DNA of 64,000 bases, taken from Sphaerodactylus townsendi. Taxonomy: Eukaryota. Numbering within the stretch: position 1 is the stretch's first letter; the number at the start of each line of letters is the position of its first letter. Below are positions 12,115 through 25,200 of this stretch, one piece after another. The stretch is taken from contig NC_059427.1 in the NCBI RefSeq assembly GCF_021028975.2, forward strand, positions 125,426,001-125,490,000, given 5' to 3'. Both the position numbers and the translations under genes were made by a program. The notes under the pieces are model-generated. The model made no database searches, was not told the DNA's origin, and saw only the letters and a list, made by a program, of their open reading frames with translations.

Positions 12115-12378
12115 TATTGTCGAAGGCTTTTCATGGTTTGATTCAATCTGGTTCTGAGCTGGAAGTTAGATTCAGGATTTTAGACTATGGATTTTGTTAC
12201 TAATGTTTCGCCTGGCTTGTGATTGCAGTTGAGGCATCTTCAGAGGTGTATCACAGTGTGAAACAGACTTTTCTCTGTGATACACCTTTGAAGATGCCAG
12301 CCATAGATGCAGGCGAAACATTAGGAACAAAATCCACCAGACCACGGCCACACAGCCCGGAAAACCCACCAGAACCAA
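12115..12378. mobile_element. Palindromic Penelope-like (pLTR) remnant
   Basis: Inverted pair of the motif TGAAGATGCC...GGCGAAAC centred near 12265, followed by AGACCACGGCCACACAGCCCGGAAAACCCAC. Confidence 0.65.
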
Positions 12379-14540
12379 AATTTCATTTAATTTGCATATG
12401 AAGTAGTAAGGTTTGACTCACAAAAACTTACGTTGAAATAAGCTTAGTTTTAAAGGTTCCCATGGGGTCAATTTTTTTCACGGCCAAACCACACATTATG
12501 CTGTGGATCCAAAATGGAATCTTATAACATGTAAATTTACCTTGATAAGTAGCTGCAGGTTGATTAGATGGAATCCACAAGCAAGATTTTTTTAAAAAAC
12601 TTTTCTTTGTGTACCTTTTACACATGGTCATTTCTACAGAAAATGAAACCCAGGGCAAGCTGTCAAATTCCCCCCCCCCCCCCCGACTTCTGGATCTTCC
12701 TCTTCCTCCCCTACTTTTGGATCTGCCTATTATTCTCCCACCCCCCAATTTTTGCATCTGCCTCTTATTCCCTCCTGTGTTGGCGGCAAGGCTTTGCTGC
12801 TGCTTGGAGGTGTCTCAGGGGCCCAGCCCACCATTTCCTGTCTTTGCCTCAGCCAGCTGGCTACCACCTGCCGCCAGGACACCCTTCATTAGCCTGTCTT
12901 CTTGCACAGCAGACTGGATAGGCAGTTTAGGGAGCCACAGTGGGCACCTTGGGTAGGAAAACCTGCTCCCCTGCCTGCCTTGCAATGCAGCTTCTCAGAG
13001 GGCAGGCCAGTGCCAGGCTTGGTCTGGCTGCTTTGGAAAAGGGATGGATCACCCACTTGCCTGAGGCTGTTCCGCCGCTTCCACAAACCGCAGGCAGGCA
13101 GTGGCTGCCCTAACTCCTCATGGGGGGGCACCAAATGTGCCCCCACATGAGTCACACCTGGGGGACCAAACTTACATGTGAAATTACCAGCTGCTACTAA
13201 TTCCAACAGGGGAAAAATGGGGTATAATATAGAAACCTTCCCAATCTCCACTGTAGCCATTAGCAGCTTAATGAGTTAACCCTGTTTCCCTAAGGCTGCA
13301 GCCTCTATCCAGTACCATCCCTTCTGCTGATATTTTCAGGTCAAAGTGCATATTAGGAGATGCAATCACAGATCCACAACAGTTTGGTCCTCAGTACAGA
13401 GTACAGCCCAACAGTGAGCAATGGCAGAATGGCCCTTGTCTCTATTGGGATAGGGCCACCAAGGCCATATTTCCCAGCTTGCTCCTGGGGCAGTTTCAAC
13501 TTGCAACTCCATCCCAGCTGGCAAAATGTTGAATTCGATCTTGCTCTGTACTTTAACTATAAATTCAGTGATGCAGTGATGAAGATCATATTGCAGTTGT
13601 GATTTTTCTTTTTTATTCCTTTGAACAATGCTAAAATGTATAGAAAGATCTGTGTTCATGGCCACGCCCTACAGTTCCTATTGTTTTGGACATTCTGGTC
13701 TCACATATTTCACCCAATCCAGTCAAACTAGTTTCCAACAAAGGAGAAGATTTAAAAGGAGAGTGTTACTTATGCTCACACATAAATGAGAAATTTGCAA
13801 AAAAGATTGTTCGTAAAAACACTGAATGATGTCCCGGGGTGAAAGAAATGTATACACATTCTGCTAACTCCTGTTATAAGGTTCACATTGTACTTCTGTG
13901 ATCCTGCAAATTCACTATGGGAACCTCAGAGTAAAAAAAGGAATTAAAGTTCAGTCAGTTCAGTTTTCTTCTGAAAAACGAACAGCTTCACTATCATTCA
14001 AGTTGTTCAGGAATCCTGGGATTTGTATGCAAGGTGACTTCCTTTGCCTGTCTGCAGAAGCTGGAAACGCCACCAAACACTAGGAAAGAATAGAAGGTTT
14101 CTGTGAAGCTTCTGAGAATGGAGATGCTGGAAGGCAGAAGGCCAATACCCGGATGCTGATGTTTTCAACAGCATTAGGCCTGTCCCACAGGGCATTCTGA
14201 GAAAGTTCAACATCTGTCCGCTACTGTCAGAGTCCAGGCAACATTTCAGGCACAGCACAAGGCTCATCTTGCATGTTCAGTAAGGAACTGCTGAACTGAA
14301 AGGGAAATTTGAGATGTTATTGATAGCAGTAAGAGGTGATAATAACTTTATAATCAAGATAATGGTCCTAATGCACAGCTCAGCTCCCTGTGGCATACAA
14401 TTTTTTTTCTAGTTTTTGTATTGTTCCTTTTATATTCTCTTCCAAGAATGGCTGTTAGCAAAAGATCTTCAACCTCTATTTGCTGTTAAGTTTTAATCTC
14501 AGGCGCCTGATGGGAGGGTATAAGTGTGTTCTACTGTCTG

Positions 14541-14835
14541 AGAGCCACTGTGGTGTAGCGGTTAAGAGCAGTCGACTCTAATCTGGAGAACTGAGTTTGA
14601 TTCCCAATTCTACCACATAAGCGGTGGACTCTTATCTGGTGAAAGGGATTTGTTTTCCAACACATGAAACCTGCCGGGTGGCTGTGGGTTAGTCACAGTT
14701 CTCTCAGAACTCGCTCAGCCCCACGTACCTCACAAGGTGTCTGTTGTAGTGAGTGAAAGGGAAACAGTTGGTAAACCGTTTTGAGACTCCTTACAGTTGA
14801 GAAAAGTGGGGTATAAATCCAAACACTTATTTTCT
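14541..14835 (+). mobile_element. tRNA-derived squamate SINE
   Basis: Box A TGGTGTAGCGG and box B GTTTGATTCCC; body shared with 8840-9140. Confidence 0.7.
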
Positions 14836-14879
14836 TCTGGTATATCAGTTAGGGAATGGAAGAATTTGAGACTTAAGTT

Positions 14880-15080
14880 TGGTGGAAAGTAGCATCAAGT
14901 CACAGCAAACTTATGGCAACCTTGTAGGGGTTTTAAGGCATCAGATGTCAGAGATGGTTTCCTGTTGGTTACCTCTGGATTTCATTGGTGGTCTCCCATC
15001 CAAATGCTAACCAGGGGCAACACTGCTTAACTTCCCAGACCTTATGAGATCGGGCCATCCTGGGCTATCCAGGTCAGGGT
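14880..15080 (-). mobile_element. 5S rRNA-derived SINE
   Basis: Reverse complement resembles the 5S 3' half (AAGTTAAGCAG...CTGGTTAGCATTTGGATGGGAGACC) followed by a BovB-like tail. Confidence 0.65.
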
Positions 15081-16203
15081 GAGACCAGTACAGAGAGGCA
15101 AACTAACCAATTCGGTTTATAGCATCACAACTCATCAGGTTGAATGCTGGCTGTGCAGTTTTCCTATAATGCTGACAAGGGCATTTAATGATAAGAGAAA
15201 ATTTGTACCCACCAGGCTGAAGACTAAAAAGTCACAAGCTATTTTATAACATCATGGCAATGTTTAAGAATTATTTCAAAACAAATCTATACGATACAGG
15301 CACACAGCAAATTTTAACACAATAACAGCAACAGCTAGCCAGAATCTAAATAATTACTGGCCTCGTGAAAATTTCAAGGCTGTTCTGTAAAACAGAATAA
15401 AAAACATGTTACACAAAGCATCACCATATACAGGGAACACCAATTCCAAATCATGGAAATACTTACAAGCAAAAAACAGGGATTTTTTCTCAGTGCTCTA
15501 ACTATAATCTACAGAAAATGATAAGACATTAGTAACAATATGTACAGCGTTCAACCAGTATTTTTGTTAACAAAGAAAAACAAATACTGCACCAAAATTA
15601 CCACGTTGGGGCGCGCTCTGCAAAATTGTTTTTTCTTATACCTCTCGCCTCACCCTTGAAACCAAGGACAGTTCCCTGTATATGGTGAAGTTTTGTGTAA
15701 TATGTTTTTTATTTTGTTTTACCTTCCCCTTAATCTTAAGTATGGAGACAAGGGCATTTAAGCATAACATGGGTGCTGGACCTGTGTCCCCCCAACTCTC
15801 TCCCCAGGCAGGGTTTCTTTTGCAATCTAAAAATACCCAATGGCAGAGAAACAGACAGGAGAGGTTATTTCAGATGGGAAAATAAAAGGCAACTCTTTTC
15901 ACCCGACTGTGCTTTTTTTAAAGCTGCAGTACCTGCTTCGCAGGAATTCAGCAGGAGCCCAGTTCTGTTACGCATTGCATCAAGCTGGTCTCCCTATCAT
16001 ATAGAATGCTTTTATCAAGATCATTTTCTAGAAAAAGAACTTTCACAAAGGAAACAGGTCAGCATTTTCATTGTATGGGCACAACAGCCCATTGGGTAAA
16101 ACAAGAGAAGCAGGAAGCACAGCCAGCAACAGCCTGCTTGGAATTGTGAAAACATATTTTTTTCGTTATTTAGATTTGTGGAGATAGATGCCTCTCGGCG
16201 CCC

Positions 16204-19200
16204 TCATGTTGCTCTCACCGCCATAGCCAGTTCTACTATGTCTTCACTGCAAAGCAAGATGGATAAAAATCAAAGATTTTTAAAAATTAAAAAAAAATCA
16301 GATTTTGTTTAAATCCTATTTTTTAATAAAATGCTTTTTGGGGAAAATCTCTCTAAATATAGTTTTCTGTTTAAGATACATTATAGTCCAAAGGTTATTC
16401 ATCATTAAATAAGGATTGGTTTTTAATTAGGTAGCATGAGGCCATGTTTAAATTTTTGGTAAATGAATTCCATTAATCCATTCACAATGTCATGCTCTTC
16501 CAGAGGTTTCTGTAAGATTGTTTTGGGCAGTTTTTCCATCTAGAAGGTATTATTTCAAATGTTTGGTTCTGAAGTTCTCAAAACTGAATTTGTGTCTGCT
16601 TCTTCTTCACAGCAATAATGTTATAAAATACACAGAACTGAGAAAAAGACATTGATCCCAGTGTTCCTTTACAAATCTATGTACACAGAATTGATCTGCA
16701 CAAGGAGCTAAGTGTAAGGAGGGTAGGCAAGACATAAAAATGAAAGTGAACCCTTTTGAGCAGAATATTCCACAAGTCTTGGAAATGGGATCTTTGTGTG
16801 TATAGCCTGAGGTTTATCAAATTATTCTCTCCCTGGAGGAGAAATTTTATAATGGCAGCATCTTGTAAAAGAGACCTAGTTTGGGAATATTTTAATGAAG
16901 TTCCTCTACCAGTGAGTAAATGCATGCAAAATGCAAATGCTGCAACAAAGAAATGCAAGGATTGGAGGCTTGACTGAAACCAGAGACAGACAATTATAAA
17001 ATGATTGCAAGGTGATCTATATATTTCTAATGGTATTTAACCAAATCAGTAATTTTTGATATAATTGCAAAACTAATTTGAAAAAAATGTTATTCTAAAA
17101 ATGAAACCTTAATCTGGTTGTAAATATTAAGATTATACCAGCAAGAATGAGTCTTTTTGTAGAAAACTGTGATGTAAATGTAGCCTACTGACTAGTAATT
17201 TAAATCAGTTTGATTTAAATCAAATCCACCCTGCTGCAAAGGGGGCAAAATCAAAATAAATGATTCAGTTACACATCATTCAAAAGTCTCTAGCTGCCCA
17301 GCAGGCAGTCTAGCTCTGAGCACAAAACTTCTAGCCATGAATCCACAGGCTGGGAAGACTCTGGACAAAGCGTATACTAGGCTTAGCTAAAATTGATGCA
17401 TTCAAGCTGTTGATAAAACTACACAGCCAGGAACTCCTACATGATCTCTTCTGAGGAGCAGCCTCTTGTCACGGCCATGGGACTTAGTGCCAAAGGCTTA
17501 CCTGATCCTCAATTGTTGCATTCTCGTTTTCCCCCAGATGTTACGACAGCTTCTCTGTGGAATGAGGAACAAGCCCTGGTCCTCACCTTCCTAGGAACAA
17601 GTGGTAGCTACTTAAGGCTGTAGGCATCAGGAAATGAGTGTTCTGATGCCTGCCAATGAACACGTGAAGTTGCCTTATGTAAAATCAGACCCTCGGTTCA
17701 TCAAGGTCAGTATTGTCTCCTTAGACTGACAGCAGCTCTCCAGGGTTTCAGATGCCAAGGACTGAACCTGGGAACGTTCTATATGCCAAGAGATGCTCTG
17801 TCACTGAGCCGCAGCCTCTCCCTTGTCTACTTTCCACCTGCAGAAGCTGGCCAGCTTTGATTCAGCCGGAGCAACTTCAAAGTAGTCCCATCCCGCAAAA
17901 ATGTTTGGTGTTAGGTTGTTGTTTTTAAATCCACTTTGGGAACCACTGTAGAAGCTAGTTTTAGAAGCTGCTCCGTCCAAGACAACGGAGACATCTGTTA
18001 TGTTTTATAATAGGTCGTAAAGCATGTTAAAGCTGGGAACATATTAAATGTCTTGCTGTGACATTTTATCATAGTCCCAAGAAAAGTAGGGTTTGAAGCC
18101 AGGACACAGGACAACCTTTTGTTTGCTCTGTTTAGGTGGAATCCTGGTTTTTTGTGCAGAAAAGCAAAATAAACTTGGTAAGGGAAAGTCACCCATTTTT
18201 GACCTGAAGCCAATAAATATTTCTCTGCCCTTCTAAGACTTCAGCGACCAACCCCTAAAAGGATACAGAACCCTTTGCACAACTCACATTGGCAATCTGC
18301 TCCTTCAGGAGAGAAATGATTTTCCATTGACCCTTCACCACCTGGATGTTGAGGTAGATCACAGCTCTGCAATCATAAGTGTGCAGAATGTAAAATCACT
18401 GCTGAGGAGCTGACAGCAACCCTGACATAAGAAATGCTGACTGGCAAGAATGCTTCTGTCTTTATATAGACAGCACTGCTCAAAGAGGCAAGGATTCACC
18501 AGGCCATTAGCAATTCCTGCTGCCGGTGCATCAAAGGACCCAAAATAAACACTCTTCTTCTGTTAACTGTAAATTGTGCAAATCTGATTCAGATTTGGGT
18601 CACATAGGAAGTGAAGCGACAAGTAAATTACTTAAATACCTATAAACAGAGAAGCAATTAATCCAAATCCTATCTAGCTGCTGCTAACCAGTGGGCTCTT
18701 CCCTGCTTTCTCTCCCATGCAAGAGAGGAATAGGTGTCCATCTATAGGCGATGAAGAGTTAAATCCCCTTTCCCTACCATTCAGCATTGATTCAAAGTGG
18801 AGCTGTGCAAGTGTCCTTGTGTGTGCAATTGACCTTTTAAGGATGGGTGGAGATCTATGACCTTCTTCACATATGTTTTGACCCATGATGTTCACTGGAA
18901 TTTTCTTTCCAGTGTACATTTGATGCCTCAGCCATTATGAGCCACAGCAAATATGCTTGTCTGAGCACAGGACGTGCACTGTTTGTATGTTTATAATTAT
19001 ATTGTACAGCAGGAAACTTATGTTTTTGGGAAAGTCTATATGGCCTCTTTTAAGTACAAAAGGAAAAGTTAGCATGTTTAACTTCTATCATTAAGTCATA
19101 GCGCCTCTAGCAATCACTAAGGATTTGCTTCAGCAAACACCATTCATGGCAGTTAATCAGTGACCCAACTCGATTAATGAGGAGCAGAAATCATCAGCCA

Positions 19201-22200
19201 CTACTATGAAACTAAGTATTGCTGGTCATGAAGGTGGGCTAGGAAAAGGGGACAAATTCATATTTCTTTCATTTTAATTATATGTTGGGTTAAGATGAAT
19301 TCCATACTTGGTAAAATTGTATTCCCCAAATTGCTGACATGCTAGATTGGGAGGGGACAGGAAGGGATTGCCAGTGGATTTTCAGGAATGAATACATAAT
19401 GAAATTCTTTGAACTCACAGTAAAATTCCAGACATGACGAACAGGAAGAAGGTGTTTTGAATCATGTGCTGATGGATCCATGTAAACCAAGTAAGGTTTG
19501 GGTTAGATTTCTCCAGCTGTGTAACCCACATCTTTCCAGAATCATAGACAGTTGTCAGGCTTTGGAAGGGCCCACATATCTCTGATGGCCTCACTCTGAA
19601 TACACACAAAGCACACACAAGCTACATACTTATTTAAATATATTTATACCCCACTTTTCTCTTGCAATGGGGACCCAAAGGAACATACAACATCATTTAC
19701 CCTGCCGTCATTGATCTGAGCAACAATCTTGTGAAGTAGGCTAGGCTGAGAGGGGGTGACTGGTCCAACTTCATCCCGTAAGCGTCATGGCAGAGGAGGG
19801 TTAGGAACCTGGATCTCCCAGATCCTGCTCCAACACCAGTGCTGGTTCTCCTTCTAATGTGATTAAATTGGATTAAATTAAATTAGAATGTGATTAAATT
19901 CTAATGTGATCAAATTAAATGTGATTAAACTAGTATAGTTTGAAATGCAAACTCAGAAATGGAGCTTTAGGGGCATTTCAGAAAATTGGGGGCGGAGCAG
20001 GGAACCAGCAGTTTTGATTCATGGTGTGAAATTTAGCTAAGTCTTGAAAAGCCACCAACTGAGTCACTGAAGACACTGGGGCAAGCCAGGATCATGTCCC
20101 TGCTCTAAGGGATGCTGGAAGGATGGGAAAGAGGGGTCACTCTTTGATGGCTAACAGAATGCTCCCATGCTAACGTTCTTCAGTAAGGAGCAGGGCAGGC
20201 TTTGAAAACCATTTGAAACTAACAGGAGATAGAAATGTAACAAACCCATGGGCCAGTCAGTCACTGTCTCTCAGCTGAACCTGCTTCACATCATCATTCT
20301 GGGGATAAAATGAGGGGATGTTAACCCTTGCAAGCTCCTTGGAGAAAAACAGCATTAAAAAGTAATCAATTCGGAGCAATTATAAAAAAAGTTTTTAAAA
20401 ATCAATTAGCCCATTACGTTCATTCAGACACATCCCACACAGCACTTTCTATTGTATTAGCTGGGTGAGAGGGGAAGAGAGTGCATTATTGCAGCTATTT
20501 TCATGAACTCTGGGGAAACACACTTTCCCTGTTACAGAAATGCTGCCTTGAGGACACCACTAACTTGTATGCTGTACAGAAACAGTGCCATTATCATGGG
20601 ATAAAATTGTCTGGAATGAAAATGAGATCAGAGTAGAGGCCCTGCAAACTACATGCTTTTTACAATATCCTTCTATTAACTCACACAGCCTATATTATAT
20701 TATGTTTTGTCAGTTGTGCTGAATGAAATATATACATACACGCACAAAAGAAATGTACAAATTGGTATCCCCCCAAAAAGATACCAATGTTTTCACAATG
20801 TAGGCGTCAGCAAATGTGCCTGGATACACACCTTGCTGGTCCTTCCGTTGGAACTTGACTCTCCTACATTACCTTCATCTAACCTCTTTAAAAAAAACCT
20901 AATTGGGTATATGTCTACACTTTTAGCAGTAAAAATTGATTTTGCCTATTGAAGGGAATTCTCTCATTTATTCAGCAATACTTGAAGTGGGGCATCTCTG
21001 ACAATGTGCAAATCTGGTATCATTTTACAGAGGAAACCATCCAAACAATTGCCAATTATAATAATGAATGAATGGTTTACAGTATGCAGTACACAAGGGT
21101 CATTTGACAAAGGCATAAGGAATACTGCATTAATTGCATATATAAAGAGAGAGTCCATCATGGAGGCATGGACGTAGGCTCAGTATATTACAGAGATCTG
21201 GTTCAGACATGATGTCCTTGACACTAGATTAGTTAAAACACCTTCCCCTCTCTTGATACTGTACTATTACTGGGGAAGAAAGTAGCTTTTCCAAGGGATG
21301 GAGAAATGGCTTAGATGAAGAACATGGTACTTCTGGTATGAGTTAAAGACGTAGACCAAATAGGCAGACTCAATGGGAGACAGAACTGAAATTACAGAGA
21401 AGTGGCAAAAGCATGTTCCCATCATTGTCCAATCTATTACATTTGCACCTGGCAAACTTTCTAACTGCAGCAGATGTTACACTTGCACAGAAAAGCTACT
21501 CACGACCAGATGGTGTAGGAGAGGAATACGGAAGCACCCAGGAACGAAGGGAAGCACAGCAAGGTGATGAAGATGGTGCTCATATGAGATGCACGCCACG
21601 GTTTACTGGGAGACTGGCAATTTCTCATCAAGCTCATCTGGGAGGGGAAAATCCAGATGGTTTAAACTGTTTCATTTGTTCTTACCCACAAAAGACTTGG
21701 ACTGAAGCTTCATCAGAAAGCAACTGAACAGGGGACATATACATTTGCAACCCCTAAGGAGAACAACAGCTGGTGCCTGTGTATACGCCTTTGGAAAGCC
21801 TAGCTGGCAGGCAAAGGGTTAACTCCCTGCTGTTATTCTATTCTAAACTGTAGCCACCTCAAAACTGGCTTCTCAGTTTGGAAACATAAAGGCTCCACTT
21901 TGTGCATTTGAATCTCATCTTATTGTCAGTGACAAAGCAAAAGGTAGGTTGGTTACTGAGGGACAGGGATCCTAGACAGATTTCCACTACTTTACACTAT
22001 CTCCCTAAAAGATGAGAAAAAACTATACATTAGCTTTTGCGGTCCAGGTTTCCATGTGGAGGAGAGAAAACGCAAGGAAATAACTCCTTTTCCCAATGCT
22101 GTGGTGGCAAGGAAAATGGCTGCAGGAAGCAGGGAGGGCAGGAGCCCTTCCTCCCCCCAAGACTGTACTCTCATCCCATCTGGGCTGCGGGGAACACAGA

Positions 22201-25200
22201 CTGAACTCTTTTTAAAAAGCTAACGTCTATCAGGTTTGGCCCTTAGCTATGGATTTAGAACTGTCCCTCCTTCCACTCAGCCTGGCTTGATAATTTTCTA
22301 CCCCCTCCTTTCTCTGCACTGCAACCCTTTCTGCGGCCTTCTCCATGCTTGCGTCTGCCAAGGCTGCCTCAGTGCCAGGAAAAGAGCATTAGAGATGAGC
22401 AGCTCATTACCTTCTTAATATAGAACAGGAGCACCAACTTGAGGATTTGGACAGCTGGGAGGAGTGGGGCAAAGAAGACCCCCAGCCTGGAAGAAAGGGA
22501 GACAAAAAGCTATCAGAACAAGCTTGTGTGGTACTCGCAGCTACACAAACACACACACACAAAGTTTGCAATAAGAACCTTGCAGGATTTGGCATAATTC
22601 AAGGATTATCATAGGTTATGAAATGTTCTGACAAGCTGAAGGAAAGGTCAAATAGTGTGGGGTTAGAGACAAGTGGGCAGAAAGAGCCAATGATAATGAG
22701 CGATGTTGGGCTCTGAGGCTTTACACCACACGGATGCATTTGCAATTGCGGCCTGATGAGAAAGGTGTTTAAATATATCTTAACATGTTAAAAATGGAGG
22801 GTTTACCCCCTGATCAGATTGGCAACCTTTGCTATCTATCCCATTCATTTCTGAGATTCCATCAGACACTGCCCAAATATTTTCAGACTTCTCTCTACAA
22901 CACTGAAGTCTAGAGACTTGGATTTAAAAAAATAGTACACCAAGGTTTCCCAGATTTTAACTTCCATTTCTTCACTTGCATGGCCATCCTGTGAATGCAG
23001 AGCTCTTACCTCTACACACTGGAAGAGATGAACATGTAACAAGTGTGAGCCCTTGAAGATGGATGTGCTTATTTAGTGGAGCTAAGCATACAACGCAAAG
23101 GATTATGCCTAAATTATAAATGGTACGCAAAGAACCTTAATTTAAACATAGCAATGATTTCAAGAAAGGGAAGTAGATCTGAAATTTAGTGAGATGCTGC
23201 ATTGGAGGCTTTTCTCTTCCAATCTTTATAAGAATCTGCTGACCTGACAATTGTACCCCTTCCAGGAAAGTTTAGATCTGGCTGTTATGTTTTTGTAACT
23301 TAGCTGTTATAATGTGCAGTACATTAGCTGTCCTTGGATAGTTTGAACCCTAAACGTAAATGTCACAGCCTGAATGCTCACAGGTGTGGGGAGATAGAAG
23401 TATGACCTATTAGGGGTATTGGTGAAGTTCTAGGTCCAATTCAAGATGCTTTTTCAGCTCTGAAACACTTTGCAGCCTGAAACTTGCACATCTGAGACAA
23501 TGCCTTCCTCCTTTGTCAAACCTCCTCCTCTGCTAAGTTCTACTGACTGAGACTGAGTTCTACTAGGGAGACAAAACTGAAAAAAATCTACACAAGCTCT
23601 GAAAACGAATGCATAGTTCAGTGGTAAAGCTGAAGCTGGATGGGAGTGAGTGCACAGAAATCTGTAGGAAAACGAAAGCAAACCTGTTTCAACAGGCTTT
23701 TGAAAGTGGCTAATTAGGCCCCATTAGTTTTAGTGCTGGCCTGGATATTTATTTTAGTATTATTGCTATTGATTTTTGCTATTCTTGTTGGATATTACCT
23801 TAAACACTGTGGAGGGGTAGGCTGGCCCTAAATATTTTGAATTAATAATAAATACATTCTAAAGATGCTCAGCTTTCTAAAAAAAATGTTTTATGCTTCA
23901 ATCTCTTCAGTGTGAGAAAATTTTAGCAAACCCCTGCATGAATGAGTAAATAAAGAGGTAGCAATCCTGCAGAGGATGGGAATGAGAATTTCTCACCAGG
24001 TGAGGGTTTGTCCATAAATCAGCTCCAGCACATTTCTAGCAATGTCAAACTCTGGTCTCTGCTTATTCTGGCTTTTCTTCTCCAAAATAATTCTGTATAA
24101 CAGAGATGCAGATTAAGAAAACAGATCAAGACAATTTAAAAATTGGCTGCTGAATGCCTCCCTCGGATTCTTGATATGCATACAGTTACATTGAAAGTGG
24201 TTCACAGCACAAGCTATCTAAATTAAACCGATTCAAAGGACAGAAGTCTCAATTATATAATTCAAGAGCAAAAACAGTACAATACTATATATATATACAC
24301 ACAATAAGGTATTTTTACAGAAACAAAAAAATTTGCACAAAAAGTGCTATACAATTATCTCCCTGTTACTGCCCCTGCCCTTTCCCAGACAATTTTCTCT
24401 TCTCAGTTCCCAGCAAAGACATCTTTCGTAATGGAGGAAGTAGCAGGCACCTTTCACAACCCCACCGCTCTGGCTTTCATCCACGTGATCTACATTTTCC
24501 TGGGTCTGTCTGTGAAGAGGCAAACTAATGGGGAGAACCATATTAATCCTAATAGTGTTCACTCAGAAGTAAATCCCATATTTTCCAATATAGTTTACTT
24601 AGGATTCTAATGAAGGGATGCAAATAACATCCTCCTGCAGTTAATAGCAATTTTAATGCATCTGGCTAGCACCTCAAGGTCAGAGACTTCTTTTCATTCA
24701 TAAACATACATTAAAAATGTAGGAACAATTTTACCCTCTCGCTAATCTCTTCCTTCTTGACTACAAGTGCCTCAAGGTATATACGATCTGTACTACGGTA
24801 AATGACATAGAGCACATTACAGATAGAGGGAGGCTTTTATGGGTTGGCATGTTAGAGAAAATTTTAATATTTGGGAAAGGGTTGTCTAAGCATTACCTCC
24901 AAATCAGCTCTCCAAAGAAGATGTCCAATAGGGTAAAAATGAAATCTATCACCACCAAACGGTATAGCTCCTGCCCCACAAAAGTTTCCCAGCACTGTGG
25001 AAAGAGATTAGACATTAGAACATACAGAAAAAAAACGGTTCTTCCCACCACTGTTCACACAGCTCCCATACCCCCAAATCCTTGCAACAGGCAAATGATC
25101 TGGAAGCAGTTCCCAAATTCATACAGTGCTCAGCCCGTGGGCTACCTTTGTGTTAGCTAGCAGTCACTTACAGGATCCAACTCTTATTCCTACAGCATAT

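Noticed and set aside
12670-12684. Long poly-C/G runs (also near 2886, 4790, 47855, 48039) as functional elements
   Set aside because: Simple homopolymers whose lengths are unreliable in assemblies; no supporting context.
14545-14615. tRNA gene
   Set aside because: The box A/B motifs belong to a SINE head; there is no complete cloverleaf.
12400-16200. An additional gene between ARL16 and TMC6
   Set aside because: No recognisable exon chain; the sequence is consistent with repeats plus the TMC6 3' UTR.
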